IMG/VR virus record: IMGVR_UViG_3300017560_000009
Span: 16,421-80,420 of that record
Source of the DNA: a virus
Taxonomy: Duplodnaviria > Caudoviricetes
Strand: one strand, 5' to 3'
Length of the DNA stretch: 64,000 bases
In this document: in pieces, positions 1 through 10,315 of the stretch
How positions within the stretch are numbered: position 1 is the first letter of the stretch
Layout of the letters: each line of letters starts with the position of its first letter
The notes under the pieces: generated by a model
Seen by the model: the letters and a program-made list of their open reading frames with translations, nothing else
Databases searched by the model: none
What the model was told of the DNA's origin: nothing
Program-made: the position numbers and the translations under genes

Positions 1-3000
1 TCGCTCTCGCGCCTGGGTCTCGTTGAAGAAGACATCAACGTCAAGACGCAAGGTCTGTATGGCGCGTTGATGAACCTGAAGACCGCAGGCTTCACGGCCA
101 GCGATGCGATGAACGTGTTTGAGGCCCGCTCGTCGTCGGCCTTCAACGCCTTGACTTCGAACCTTCAGAAGATGGAGCTGTTCCAAGAAACGCTCCTGAA
201 CACCGACGCCGCGACTCGTGCCAACGCCGACCAGATGCAAACGCTGGGCGCGCAGTTCGACCGCGTGAAGAACCAGACCAACCTGCTGGTCAGCGAAGCG
301 CTGAAGCCGATGGCCGTGGTGCTGACCAACGTGTTCGAAGTCATCGCTGATGGCGAAGGCAAGCTGAAGGAAATGTCTGTGCTGGTCCAGGGCGTTGGTG
401 CTCTGCTGGCAGGCGGCGCGTTCGCGGTCGGCCTGAAGTACGCGGCTTCGCTGCTGGGCGGTATCGCCGGCCTGTTGGTTCCCGGAGGAAGCATCCTTCG
501 CGCTACGACCTGGGCGGCGGCACTTGGCCCCATCGGTCTGTATGTTGGCGCGGTCTCTGCTGCCGCTGCGGGCGTGGCCTACCTCGTCATGCAACTCACC
601 AAGGGCGAAGATGCTTTCGAGAAGCAACGTACCAAGGTGAACGAGTCGAAGGCCACGCTGCAAGAGACAACTCAGGCCTATGACACCATCGGTCGCCGCA
701 TCACGAACGTGCAAGACAAGATGATCGCCATGAACCGCGATACATCTGGTGCGATGCTGCGTCGTGAGGTCAACGACGTGGCCAAGCAGTTCGAAGAGTA
801 CGGTGTGACGCTTGACCGCAGCGCGATCAAGAAGACCGAAGACTTGATCGACGCTCTTCAGCGCCTGCGCTCCGAACTGGGCAAGCGCTACGCGATTGAT
901 GCGTCGATCATGGCCAACGATCTGGAAACCTTGACGCTTCGTGCGCAGGACAAGTCCGGCAAGCTGGCCACCACTTCGCGCAACCGCCCGTTCGCAGATG
1001 GCACGCTCGACAAGACCTTCGCCCTCCCCGACCTGTACGCCGGATACTCGACGCTTGAGTTCATGCTGGGGACCGCAGGCCGTACCGGGAAACGCCTTGG
1101 CACAACCCTGGGAGGTCGTGACTCGACCGGCTACATTCCCCTGCAAGAAGGTCTGAACTCCAACAACATTCAGTCCATCGTGCAGTACCTGAAAGACTCC
1201 GGGATTGAAGGCACTGAAGGGGTTGGCGCTGGTCTGATGGAAGCCTTCGGCTTGAACGGCAAGGCCTTCCCCAACGACGCCGGCTCCATCGGTCAAGCGA
1301 TCTCGGCCTTCTCGCAGCTGAACCGTCAAGCTGCCCGTCAGCGCTCGTCTTCCGCAGATGGAAGCATGGAGTTCCGTCGCGCCGAGGGCATCTCGGCGAT
1401 GGCTGAGTCCATGGTGGCCACGCTGCGCACCGTGCAGCACTCGGTGCAGGAGCAAGACAAGGCCGGCCGTGAAGCCGAACAAGCCCGCAAGACTGAGGCC
1501 TCTGCGGTCTACAGTCAGTCGCCTGAAGCCCAGGCGCTGGGCAGCGAGGTGCAGGCTGTGATCCAGGGCGTAAACCGCGCCATGGCCAGCCGTGCCTCTG
1601 GAGCCTCGCAGCCGTTCGATGCGCTGTGGAACGCGGTCAAGATGGCTGAAAGCGGTGGCAAGCAGTTCGACGCCAACGGCAATCCGCTGACCAGCCCCAA
1701 GGGCGCTATCGGGATCTCGCAGCTCATGCCGAACACCGCGCCGGACGCCGCACGTCTGGCTGGTGTGGAGTGGGATGAGAACGCCTACAAGACCGACGCG
1801 GCCTACAACGAGAAGCTGGGTCAGGCCTACCTGAAGTCTCTGCTGTCGCGCTACGGCGGCAACCAGATGCTGGCCACGTCCGCCTACAACTGGGGCATGG
1901 GCAACGTCGATAAGCTGCTGGCCAAGGGTGATCCTCGGACCCCTGGTTCTGGTGTGACCTCGACCGACTTCATGATGAATCTGCCGGCCGAGACGCGGAA
2001 CTACAACATGCGAACCGGGACGGCGGACTACGCCACCGGCCTCGGCGTGTATGGTGCCTTCAACAGCCTGCAAGCCAACAAGCAGATGGCTTCAGCCCGC
2101 ACAGAAGCCGGCGACATGCTGCGTAGACTGACGACCATGCTGGAAGAAGCCACGAAGAGCGGCAACGACCAGATGATCGCCACGATCAACGAGCAGATCA
2201 AGCTGTTGAACGAATCTAAGAGCAGCATCGACAAGGTGTATGCAGGGTCTCGTGCCGCTGCTGAACAAGCTATCAACCGTACTTCGGTTGCTCAACAACG
2301 GAGCATCGCTGAACAGATTGAACAGTCCCGTCGTGAAGCTGCGAACGAGAAGGATCCTGAAGTGGTTCAGGCTATCTTCGAGCGCATCAAGGCTCTCACG
2401 AATATGTCTTATGACGCCGAGATTGATAAGCTGAAGAAGACGAACGAGGCCAAGTACAACGCGGCTACGGGAACCAGCGAGTACACCGAGGACGTGAACG
2501 ACCAGCTCCTGGCTATTCAAGCCAAGAGAGAAGCGGATATCGCCAAGGAGTCGGAGAACCAAAAGCATGAAATGGAGAAGCGCTACGACATCATCGCTGA
2601 TCGTAGGCTTGCCACCAACATGCGTTCTGATCGTGTTGCGTTTCAACGCTTCATGGACGCCATTGAAGCTCGTCGCAAGGCTACCAGCAAGGCTCTTGCA
2701 GCTGAACTCAATAGCGCCGAGATTGACTCCGGCCTGCGCGGCTATCAGCGTGATCAGAAGATGATGAGTGATCCGCGCTACGCCTCCCAGTACAGCGGGG
2801 TACAGCGCAACTACCTGACGACGCAGATTGCTGATGCTCAAGACGTGACTGACCGTGCTCAGTACGCGCTTGTGACCGCTCGTCTGAAGCAGATGGAACG
2901 AGATGCTGAATCCTTGAAGGAACAGCTCAACTCGTACACCGAACGCCTCGGGACTGAAGGACTCGAAGATGGTTCGCTCTATCAGAAGCGCAGCGGTCTT

Positions 3001-3897
3001 CTGGAAAGCTCCAACGAGTACCGTATGGTCACGAAGGAGATTGACGAAGCAAACCGTCAACGTCGTGATGTCACGGAGCAAATCAACAAGCTGGAAACGG
3101 ATCGTTTGCCGGTGCTCGAACAGCAGAAGAACCTGTACGAGACCATCAGCCGTCAGAAGCCGGCCCCCGTCAGCTTCTCCGAAGGGATGAAGCAGGCCAA
3201 CGAGAACTTCCTTCGTGACAACGACGAAACGGCCACGGCTATCGACGGCTATGGCCAGTTCTTGTCCACGTCGAAGAACTCGCTGGCCACCTTCCTGTCG
3301 GACGTGGCCACTCGATCCAAGACTGCTGGCGAGGCCTTCAAGGACTTTGGCCTGAGCGTGGCGCGTTCCATGATGGACATCGCCAACCAGTATCTGGCCA
3401 TGGCCGCAATCAAAGGCCTGATAGGGCTGGTATCGGGGGTTGTAGGCGGCGCTGCCGGAGGCGGCGGTTCTGCGGGCGCTGGTGACGTGTTTACGCCCAC
3501 CACGACTGGTTTTGCCAACCAGGGTGGCGTGGCCCGCGCTGGGGGCTTCTATCGCTTCGCCAATGGGGGCAAGGTGCCTGGAGGCATGCCGCGTGACTCT
3601 GTACGCGCTCTGCTGCGCCCTGGTGAGGTGGTGATGAACACGGACGCCGTGTCGGCGGTCGGCGAAGACTTCCTGACCGGCCTGAACACCTACGGTCGCC
3701 GCGAGGTCCAAACCAGCGCGCCGCCTCGTCTGCCGCAGACGAAGCGCGAGCCGGACATGACCAACGTGTACATCGTGGCTCCAGGCCAGCAGCCGTCCAT
3801 GGGTCCGAAGGACGTACTGGTCACGCTGCAAGATGATGTCTTGCGTGGTGGTCAAACCAAGAAACTGATTCGCCAAGTTGCGATGGGAGAGATTTAA
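1..3897 (+). CDS. Tail tape measure protein with internal soluble lytic transglycosylase (SLT) domain; 5'-truncated (frame open from base 1)
   Basis: More than 1290 aa, Ala-rich and helical, upstream of lambda-like tip genes. SLT motifs AVKMAESGG, GAIGISQLMPNTA and SAYNWGMGNV at about 1624-1920. Typical TMP C-terminus (FANGGKVPGG...DSVRALLRPGEVVMN). No stop codon in frame between 1 and 67. Confidence 0.92.
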   Translation, partial: SLSRLGLVEEDINVKTQGLYGALMNLKTAGFTASDAMNVFEARSSSAFNALTSNLQKMELFQETLLNTDAATRANADQMQTLGAQFDRVKNQTNLLVSEALKPMAVVLTNVFEVIADGEGKLKEMSVLVQGVGALLAGGAFAVGLKYAASLLGGIAGLLVPGGSILRATTWAAALGPIGLYVGAVSAAAAGVAYLVMQLTKGEDAFEKQRTKVNESKATLQETTQAYDTIGRRITNVQDKMIAMNRDTSGAMLRREVNDVAKQFEEYGVTLDRSAIKKTEDLIDALQRLRSELGKRYAIDASIMANDLETLTLRAQDKSGKLATTSRNRPFADGTLDKTFALPDLYAGYSTLEFMLGTAGRTGKRLGTTLGGRDSTGYIPLQEGLNSNNIQSIVQYLKDSGIEGTEGVGAGLMEAFGLNGKAFPNDAGSIGQAISAFSQLNRQAARQRSSSADGSMEFRRAEGISAMAESMVATLRTVQHSVQEQDKAGREAEQARKTEASAVYSQSPEAQALGSEVQAVIQGVNRAMASRASGASQPFDALWNAVKMAESGGKQFDANGNPLTSPKGAIGISQLMPNTAPDAARLAGVEWDENAYKTDAAYNEKLGQAYLKSLLSRYGGNQMLATSAYNWGMGNVDKLLAKGDPRTPGSGVTSTDFMMNLPAETRNYNMRTGTADYATGLGVYGAFNSLQANKQMASARTEAGDMLRRLTTMLEEATKSGNDQMIATINEQIKLLNESKSSIDKVYAGSRAAAEQAINRTSVAQQRSIAEQIEQSRREAANEKDPEVVQAIFERIKALTNMSYDAEIDKLKKTNEAKYNAATGTSEYTEDVNDQLLAIQAKREADIAKESENQKHEMEKRYDIIADRRLATNMRSDRVAFQRFMDAIEARRKATSKALAAELNSAEIDSGLRGYQRDQKMMSDPRYASQYSGVQRNYLTTQIADAQDVTDRAQYALVTARLKQMERDAESLKEQLNSYTERLGTEGLEDGSLYQKRSGLLESSNEYRMVTKEIDEANRQRRDVTEQINKLETDRLPVLEQQKNLYETISRQKPAPVSFSEGMKQANENFLRDNDETATAIDGYGQFLSTSKNSLATFLSDVATRSKTAGEAFKDFGLSVARSMMDIANQYLAMAAIKGLIGLVSGVVGGAAGGGGSAGAGDVFTPTTTGFANQGGVARAGGFYRFANGGKVPGGMPRDSVRALLRPGEVVMNTDAVSAVGEDFLTGLNTYGRREVQTSAPPRLPQTKREPDMTNVYIVAPGQQPSMGPKDVLVTLQDDVLRGGQTKKLIRQVAMGEI

Positions 3898-4292
3898 TGG
3901 CGCTGCAAGATGACATCTTCAGCTTCCCCGCCCACACCGTGTCGGAGAAGTACCCGCAGAGCGGCCTGCGGGTACAGCTCGGGAACTCGTATCAGTTCGA
4001 TTCCCCTCCGAGCGGGCCTGATCAACGCACCTTCACGCTCAACTTCGAATCCATGGTTCGACTGCTGGGAGAAGACGGGAAGATGGACACCACCACGATG
4101 CAGGAGGTGAATGCTGGCGCGTTGCTGATGTTCTATGAGAATCATCGGCTGTACAAGCCCTTCACGTACCCGCACCCCTGGTTGGGGGACATCATCGTGA
4201 AGTTCAACGCCCCGTTGGAATTGCCCAAGGGGATTAAGAACGGGGGAGGGTGGACTGAACCCTTCTCCATCGAACTTATTGAGCAACCATGA
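3897..4292 (+). CDS. Distal tail / lambda gpM-like minor tail protein
   Basis: Directly after the TMP. VQLGNSYQ...TFTLNF and LLMFYENH...FTYPHP pattern typical of gpM. Confidence 0.7.
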   Translation: MALQDDIFSFPAHTVSEKYPQSGLRVQLGNSYQFDSPPSGPDQRTFTLNFESMVRLLGEDGKMDTTTMQEVNAGALLMFYENHRLYKPFTYPHPWLGDIIVKFNAPLELPKGIKNGGGWTEPFSIELIEQP

Positions 4293-4786
4293 GAGCTGAT
4301 CTTCCTGTTGATCACGTCATTGATGCGTTCGAGCTGGTCGGCAAGGCCCAGGTCGATCTGGTAAAGATCGAACTGAACCAGAACAGCGGCGGCACGATCA
4401 TCTGCATCAATCCTTCGGTGGACCGCGTGTGGCAAGGCCGCACCTGGGAGTTCATACCTTTCACCATCCAAGGTGAGGGTGTGAGCACCCAGGGTGAAGC
4501 CAAGCGCCCGAAGTTCTCGGTGGCCAACCCTGATGGTGCGTTCTCGGCCTTTATCGCTCAAGGCAAGATGGACAACGCGACCATCACGAGGTATCGGGTC
4601 AACGTCGAAGACGTGATCAACAACGTGAACCGTTTTCAGATGAATGTGTGGCGTATTTCGAGGGTCATGTCGATGGGCAAGCCCACTGCGACCTTCGAAC
4701 TGCGCTCACCCCTTGATGGTCAATTCTTCCTCTTGCCGGCTGACGCCTTCTATCCCCCGGAGTACCCTCATGTCTCTCTTCAGTAA
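4289..4786 (+). CDS. lambda gpL-like minor tail protein
   Basis: Position, ATGA overlap, and WQGRTWEFIPFTIQG...RPKFSVAN...TFELRSPLD motifs. Confidence 0.75.
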   Translation: MRADLPVDHVIDAFELVGKAQVDLVKIELNQNSGGTIICINPSVDRVWQGRTWEFIPFTIQGEGVSTQGEAKRPKFSVANPDGAFSAFIAQGKMDNATITRYRVNVEDVINNVNRFQMNVWRISRVMSMGKPTATFELRSPLDGQFFLLPADAFYPPEYPHVSLQ

Positions 4787-5318
4787 GTACATCGTCGGCT
4801 TCGAGGGCATCGAGTACGTGGAAGGCCGTCAGGACTGCTACCAGCTCGTGCGCAGCTGGTTCAAGAAGCACTACGACCTGCCGATGGTCAACTATGCCCG
4901 CCCCAACGGCCTCGTGGTCCAAGGGGAATCCGTGATCTACAAGAACATGGAAGCCCTGGGCTTCTACCTTGATCAATCTGCGCAGCTGAACCGCCTCCAG
5001 ATCGGGGACGTGCTGATGATGCAGGTCAATACGCGCATGCCCGAACCGAACCATGTTGGCGTCTACGTCGGCAACGGCTACTTCCTGCACCATCTGTTCG
5101 GCCGCAAGTCCGTGGCGGACACGCTGGACGCCCGCTGGCGCGCCCGCGTCATGGATGTGTGCCGGCACGCCGATGTGGTGGAACAGAACCGAAATGGCCC
5201 CATTGAAACCGTGAGCATCCTCGACCTGATGACTCCGCAAATACGAGCACGCTATGAAAGAGAATCTGCTGGCCCTGTGGGTATCGACCCTGGAACGTTG
5301 CGGCCTAATACTCCGTGA
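4770..5318 (+). CDS. NlpC/P60 tail tip protein (C-terminal half of lambda gpK)
   Basis: GRQDCY (catalytic Cys), PNHVGVY and FLHH. Start moved to ATG 4770, which overlaps the end of gpL. Confidence 0.8.
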   Translation: MSLFSKYIVGFEGIEYVEGRQDCYQLVRSWFKKHYDLPMVNYARPNGLVVQGESVIYKNMEALGFYLDQSAQLNRLQIGDVLMMQVNTRMPEPNHVGVYVGNGYFLHHLFGRKSVADTLDARWRARVMDVCRHADVVEQNRNGPIETVSILDLMTPQIRARYERESAGPVGIDPGTLRPNTP

Positions 5319-5622
5319 CGGAACCATCATTGAATGTCAAAATGTTCATGAAGATCCGCACATCGGGGTGGAGATCTCAGCAGCAGATCTCGTGAGGTAC
5401 AAGGACGAAGCAATAGCCACATGGCATACCCACCCCGACTCTGGTTCGAACCTGTCGCCTGAAGACTATACGGCGTTCACGAACTGGCCAGATTGGAGGC
5501 ACTACATCGTTTCAGAGAAGGACGTGTGGTGCTACTACGTAAGAAATAACCTTGTGGTGTTGTTCGATGAAGAAGATCCATCTCCTTGGCTACCTGAACA
5601 AGTTCCATCCTCGACCCATTGA
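5254..5622 (+). CDS. JAB/MPN (Mov34) domain tail protein (N-terminal half of lambda gpK)
   Basis: ERCGLI, then WHTHPDSGSNLSPED = JAMM motif E...HxH...S..D. Confidence 0.8.
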   Translation: MKENLLALWVSTLERCGLILRDGTIIECQNVHEDPHIGVEISAADLVRYKDEAIATWHTHPDSGSNLSPEDYTAFTNWPDWRHYIVSEKDVWCYYVRNNLVVLFDEEDPSPWLPEQVPSSTH

Positions 5623-6181
5623 GGTCGAAGCTGAGAGCGTATCGGAGGCCTTGATCGCTCTCAAGTACGTCAAAGGCATCGACACTGAAACGATGGAGAA
5701 GAGAGTCGTGCGCGTCCTGGGCTTCGATTCCCAGGATGCGTTGAACGCGAAGACCGACGTGGTTGATATCTATGTCGTACCGTCTCTGCGAGGCGCTGGC
5801 GGCAAGAGCGGGGGTATCTTCCAGATCATCGTCGGCATCGTCCTGGTAGTGGTAGGAGCGCTGACCTCCTGGTCCGGGGGTGGCGCACTGATGGCCTCTG
5901 GTATCTCGATGATCGCTGGCGGGATCATTGCCATGCTGGCCCCAACACCGAAAATCTCCAAGAACGATTCTGATGGGGGAACGTCGCTCTTCATCCCGGC
6001 GACCCAGAACACGGTCAAGATCGGAACTCGCAAGCCCATTCTCTATGGCCGTATCAAGCACTTCGGCCATTACCTCTCGTTCAACGTCGATGCCAAGCGC
6101 TATGACGAAACGCCCCTGAACATTGCCGGCTACTGCAACAGCACCGGCTCGGGCCAAGATAACCTTTGCGTGATTTATTAA
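5567..6181 (+). CDS. lambda gpI-like tail assembly protein
   Basis: Ubiquitin-like N-terminus, IYVVPSLRGAGG, hydrophobic Gly-rich segment, PILYGRIKHFGHYLS. Start placed at MKKIHL. Confidence 0.8.
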   Translation: MKKIHLLGYLNKFHPRPIEVEAESVSEALIALKYVKGIDTETMEKRVVRVLGFDSQDALNAKTDVVDIYVVPSLRGAGGKSGGIFQIIVGIVLVVVGALTSWSGGGALMASGISMIAGGIIAMLAPTPKISKNDSDGGTSLFIPATQNTVKIGTRKPILYGRIKHFGHYLSFNVDAKRYDETPLNIAGYCNSTGSGQDNLCVIY

Positions 6182-9100
6182 ATGCAGATCGCACCTTTCC
6201 GTGGGGCGGGAGGCGGTGGCGGCGGTGGGGGATCTTATGATCGCACCAACGACAACCTGTTTTCCCGAGATACCGTCGAGCTGGTCCTTGGACTGAGCGT
6301 CGGCCCGATCCGTGGTTTGACGGGAGGGATGAAGACCTTCTATGTCGGCGGAACGCCTCTCATGGCCGAAGCCGGAACCATGAACTTTGAATCTTTCAAC
6401 CTGGGCCTGAAGCTCGGGTATGAAAGTGACACGCCCGTGAGCTACAAGCTCGGCGGCGAAGCCTCCAACAAGCAGGTCGGTACGAAGCTGGCCCAGAACT
6501 CGTGGATCACTCGCCAGACCGAAGCTTCGCTGCGCGGTGTGATCGACCAGATCCAAGTTCGTCTCACGATCTCGCAGCTGTACTATCAAGACGAAGACGG
6601 CATCTACAACAACACCGCTCAGTTTTATATCCAATACAAGCCGGCCTCATCGGGCTGGTGGCAGAACTACGGCGGTGGTCTGACCCAGCTTCATGGCAAG
6701 ACCATGAGCGGGTACTACGTGGACTACGTGTTCGACGTGCCGCGCATTGACGACGACTGGCTGGTTCGAGTCATGAAGGTTAACCCGGACAACAACAATG
6801 ACGTTGTGGCCGATCTCGCCTGGGAAAGCTATCAAGTCATCACGAAGCAGAACCGCCGCTACAACAAACTGGCGCTGGTCCATATCGTCGCGCTGGCGAC
6901 TAGCCAGTTCGGGTCGATCCCTGACTTCTCCGGCATCTATGATGGCCGCTTGATTTCGATCCCAACCAATTACAACCCTGACCTGCACATCTACGATGAG
7001 CTGGTTCCGTGGAACGGTACGTTCAAGACTGGCTGGACGAACAATCCGGCCTGGATCCTTTGGGATCTGATCATGAACACCGACTACGGCCTGCGGAAAT
7101 ACTATCCTCACATCACGGCCAACCGCTACGACTTCTACGAGGCGGCGAAGTGGTGTGACGCACCCGTGCCTAATGGCAAGGGCGGGTATCAACCTCGCTA
7201 TACGTGCAACATCGCACTGACCGAAGCGAGGAACGGTCTGGAGATGCTGCAATGGATCGCCGGCAGCTTCGGTGCCGTGATCTTCGATGACGCAACTGGT
7301 CAGATCTACCTGCGTGTGGACAAATGGGAAGAGCCGAAGATGCTCTTCACACCGGAGAACGTCGAGAACGGGGAGTTCAACTACAGCTTCACCGACCTCA
7401 CCACGCGCTACAACGACTACAAGGTCCAGTTCACGAACCCTGATCTGGACTGGAATACCGACCAGCGCCGCGTGAAGAGCGATGCTCACATCACGGCCTA
7501 TGGCAACATCGACACCGAGATGGTCATGGTCGGTTGCACGGACGAGCACGAAGCGCTGCGCCGTGGCTACTATCGCCTGATCACGTCCACAACCGAGACT
7601 GCTTCCGTCTCGTTCACCACAGCGCGCCTGGGAAAGATCGTTGATCCTTACACCATCGTTGCCATTGCCGACCCCACCCCTGGCTGGTCGATGCCTGGGC
7701 GCATCAAGCGCTACCACAACAGCTACATCGAGCTGCGCGACCCGATCTACTTCCTGGCTCAACAGAACTACACGCTGACGCTCCAGACCGTGGATGGACT
7801 GGTGAAGGTCGTGGTGGATCCCGAGCAAGTCGGTACGGTGTACAAGCTGCGCGTGGTCTCCGGCTACGTGCCTGATGGCCTGCCGGATCGCACGGTCTAC
7901 ACCATCGAAGACAACGGCAACTTCGGCATCGCCAAGCCGTTCCGTATCGTTGACTGGGAGTCCGTGGATGGAAGCCCGGACAAGTTCCGCTTCACCGCCG
8001 TCGAGGTCAACCGCAACAAGCAGGTCGGCGCGGACAACTGCACTCCTGTAGGCAGCGTCCAGTATTCGTTCAAGAACCCGCTGATCCCACCGCCTCCGAC
8101 GAACATCAAGGCCGAGTCTGGCACCGAGTATCTGATGATCTCGCAAGACGGCTCCTTGATGGCTCGCATCTTTGCATCTTGGGAAGCCCCGCCTAACGTG
8201 CTCATCGAGCGCTACGACATCCACTGGAAGGAAAGCCGGCTCTCCACCTGGAACTCAGCCACCAGCCCTGCGGAAAGCGTGTTGCTTGGTCCGTGCGAGA
8301 GCGGTGTGGCCTACGACATCGTGGTCTGGGCCGTGAACTCGTTCGGCAACCGTTCCGCCGCGCTGACGCTGTTCAACTACGTGGTGGTGGGCAAGAGCGA
8401 TCCTCCGTCGAACGTGAAGAACTTCACGATCCGTCGCCGCGCCAATGACATCCTGCTGCGCTGGGATGCGATCCCTGACCTGGACCGCAAGGGCTACGAG
8501 ATCCGGCAAGGCACGAACTGGGAAACTGCGACCGTGCTGGTCACGGACTACGCCGCTACACAGTTTGCGTGGACCACGACCGAAGGAGGCAGCTACACCT
8601 TCTTGATCCGCGCCATCGACACGTCGGGCAACTTCTCGCTGCTGCCCACGGCCCAGACGATCTATATCCAAGGCCCGAGCGCGGTCACAGGCGTGATCGC
8701 CATCCAGTCGAACAACCGGATCGAACTGCGCTGGACGCCGAACCCGGAAGACAACATCCTGGAGTACGAGATCCGCGAGGGCTTCTCGTGGGGTACAGGC
8801 GTGTTCTTGGCCAAGGTGAAGTCCACCAGCTACAGCATGACGGCAGGTTCGTCTGGCACGCGCATGTTCTGGCTGAAGGCCATCGCCTCGCCTGGGGTGT
8901 ATTCGGAACGCGCCACGTTCGTCACCACGGACATCGCGCAGCTGGACAACGCCAACATCATCTACACCACGGATGAGGTGGTCAACGGCTTCACTGGCAC
9001 GCGATACAACATGGTCGTGACCGGCGATACGCTGCGCATGGACGATGGCCGCGCCCACGCCGAGTACATCTTCCCGGTCGTGCTACCTACGGTCTTCCGC

Positions 9101-9784
9101 GCCCAGAACACGCTGTTCGTTGGCCTGGACGCCATCGTGGACCAGAGCACGCGCTGGGTCGATGCGACGTACCCCTGGACCGACGCCCGCGCCCAGACAC
9201 CGTGGACAATCCCTGGCGACATCTCGTCCATTGGCTACAAGGCCGAGATCGCTGTGCGCAAGGGCTTCCCGGACAACATCCGGCATTCGATCACCTTCAA
9301 CGGCACGCTGGTATCGGAAGGCCCAGCCGGCTACAACCCAGCTCCCGTCGTCTCGATGGACAACATCACGTATGCCACCGGCAAGTTCGGCCAAGGCTTG
9401 TACGTGCGAGGTGGAGACGGTGATAACCCGCTGCTGAAGACGATGCTGCTGCTGTCAACGCCGCTGCCTTCGGTATTCACCTACGGCGGTTGGTTCCGCA
9501 TCATGTCGGATGAGAACCAGGCCTTGACTACGCTGCACACTGACTCGTCTGGCCACTCGCTGTATTACAGCAAGACCCTAGAATCCCTCATATGGGGAGG
9601 CGCGGACGGCAACAGCTTGTACATCCCGTTCAAGCCGGAACTGGGTGAACGTTATCTGATGATGATGGTTCAAGATACCGCCAATCGTCGCCTGTATTTG
9701 GGCCGAGAAGATAAGACCTTTGTTCGCATTGAAATGTCAGCGGCTCCGTTTGAAACTGTGCAGTATCTGAGGTACACGACATGA
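6182..9784 (+). CDS. Tip attachment / central tail fibre protein J (FN3 repeats)
   Basis: 1200 aa. WTNNPAWILWDL, YEAAKWCD..VP.GKGG..PRYTCN, and FN3-like repeats (PPPPTNIKA, PSNVKNF, PSAVTGV). Confidence 0.92.
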   Translation: MQIAPFRGAGGGGGGGGSYDRTNDNLFSRDTVELVLGLSVGPIRGLTGGMKTFYVGGTPLMAEAGTMNFESFNLGLKLGYESDTPVSYKLGGEASNKQVGTKLAQNSWITRQTEASLRGVIDQIQVRLTISQLYYQDEDGIYNNTAQFYIQYKPASSGWWQNYGGGLTQLHGKTMSGYYVDYVFDVPRIDDDWLVRVMKVNPDNNNDVVADLAWESYQVITKQNRRYNKLALVHIVALATSQFGSIPDFSGIYDGRLISIPTNYNPDLHIYDELVPWNGTFKTGWTNNPAWILWDLIMNTDYGLRKYYPHITANRYDFYEAAKWCDAPVPNGKGGYQPRYTCNIALTEARNGLEMLQWIAGSFGAVIFDDATGQIYLRVDKWEEPKMLFTPENVENGEFNYSFTDLTTRYNDYKVQFTNPDLDWNTDQRRVKSDAHITAYGNIDTEMVMVGCTDEHEALRRGYYRLITSTTETASVSFTTARLGKIVDPYTIVAIADPTPGWSMPGRIKRYHNSYIELRDPIYFLAQQNYTLTLQTVDGLVKVVVDPEQVGTVYKLRVVSGYVPDGLPDRTVYTIEDNGNFGIAKPFRIVDWESVDGSPDKFRFTAVEVNRNKQVGADNCTPVGSVQYSFKNPLIPPPPTNIKAESGTEYLMISQDGSLMARIFASWEAPPNVLIERYDIHWKESRLSTWNSATSPAESVLLGPCESGVAYDIVVWAVNSFGNRSAALTLFNYVVVGKSDPPSNVKNFTIRRRANDILLRWDAIPDLDRKGYEIRQGTNWETATVLVTDYAATQFAWTTTEGGSYTFLIRAIDTSGNFSLLPTAQTIYIQGPSAVTGVIAIQSNNRIELRWTPNPEDNILEYEIREGFSWGTGVFLAKVKSTSYSMTAGSSGTRMFWLKAIASPGVYSERATFVTTDIAQLDNANIIYTTDEVVNGFTGTRYNMVVTGDTLRMDDGRAHAEYIFPVVLPTVFRAQNTLFVGLDAIVDQSTRWVDATYPWTDARAQTPWTIPGDISSIGYKAEIAVRKGFPDNIRHSITFNGTLVSEGPAGYNPAPVVSMDNITYATGKFGQGLYVRGGDGDNPLLKTMLLLSTPLPSVFTYGGWFRIMSDENQALTTLHTDSSGHSLYYSKTLESLIWGGADGNSLYIPFKPELGERYLMMMVQDTANRRLYLGREDKTFVRIEMSAAPFETVQYLRYTT

Positions 9785-10254
9785 GCATCATCGTTTCCGA
9801 CGTTTTCACGAGTCCTCAAGCCCTTACGTTTGACGACTTCCTGGAGATGTTGAATAACCAATCGCCTGTCGGGTTCAGCCCCTTCCAGCAGTTCGTGGCG
9901 GGAGACTATGAATACGACAAGGCGCTTTACCGGATCTCGATGAGTTCAACTTCCGGGGACCGAGGCATCATCACGAAGCTTCAAGTGGACGTGGACGTTC
10001 CTGACATGCTGGACCGTGGCCGAGTCACCATCACGCCGGCTGAAGCTGCGGCCGGATTGAAGTGGGTTCCGTTCACTCGTCCCTTCCACGTCCCACCTGT
10101 GCCGCTGGCTACCGTGATGAGCGCGTCTTACCCGTGCGTGGCCCGCATCCCCCAGGCCAACGTGACACGATCAGGCTTCATGGTCTCGCTTCAGAAAACG
10201 GACGGATCCGGAGGCACGGACGGCGTGCTTACCTGGGCCGCGCACTCGTATTAA
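9781..10254 (+). CDS. Hypothetical tail tip-associated protein
   Basis: ATGA-coupled to J; beta-rich C-terminus (PFTRPFHVPP...LTWAAHSY). Confidence 0.6.
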   Translation: MSIIVSDVFTSPQALTFDDFLEMLNNQSPVGFSPFQQFVAGDYEYDKALYRISMSSTSGDRGIITKLQVDVDVPDMLDRGRVTITPAEAAAGLKWVPFTRPFHVPPVPLATVMSASYPCVARIPQANVTRSGFMVSLQKTDGSGGTDGVLTWAAHSY

Positions 10255-10315
10255 ACCTGGGCTTTGTCAAGGCTCCCGGATAAAATCGCATCATTGATCA
10301 ACGGAAGAATTCAAC

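Noticed and set aside
2092-3876. Long antisense ORFs in the track (e.g. 2092-3876, 6647-8224, 12440-13615, 16375-17619, 18313-21168, 25979-27649, 33890-35134, 35177-36646, 47309-48814)
   Set aside because: They are shadow frames opposite well-supported genes, expected with high GC3 bias. They have no motifs or RBS and their composition is unnatural.
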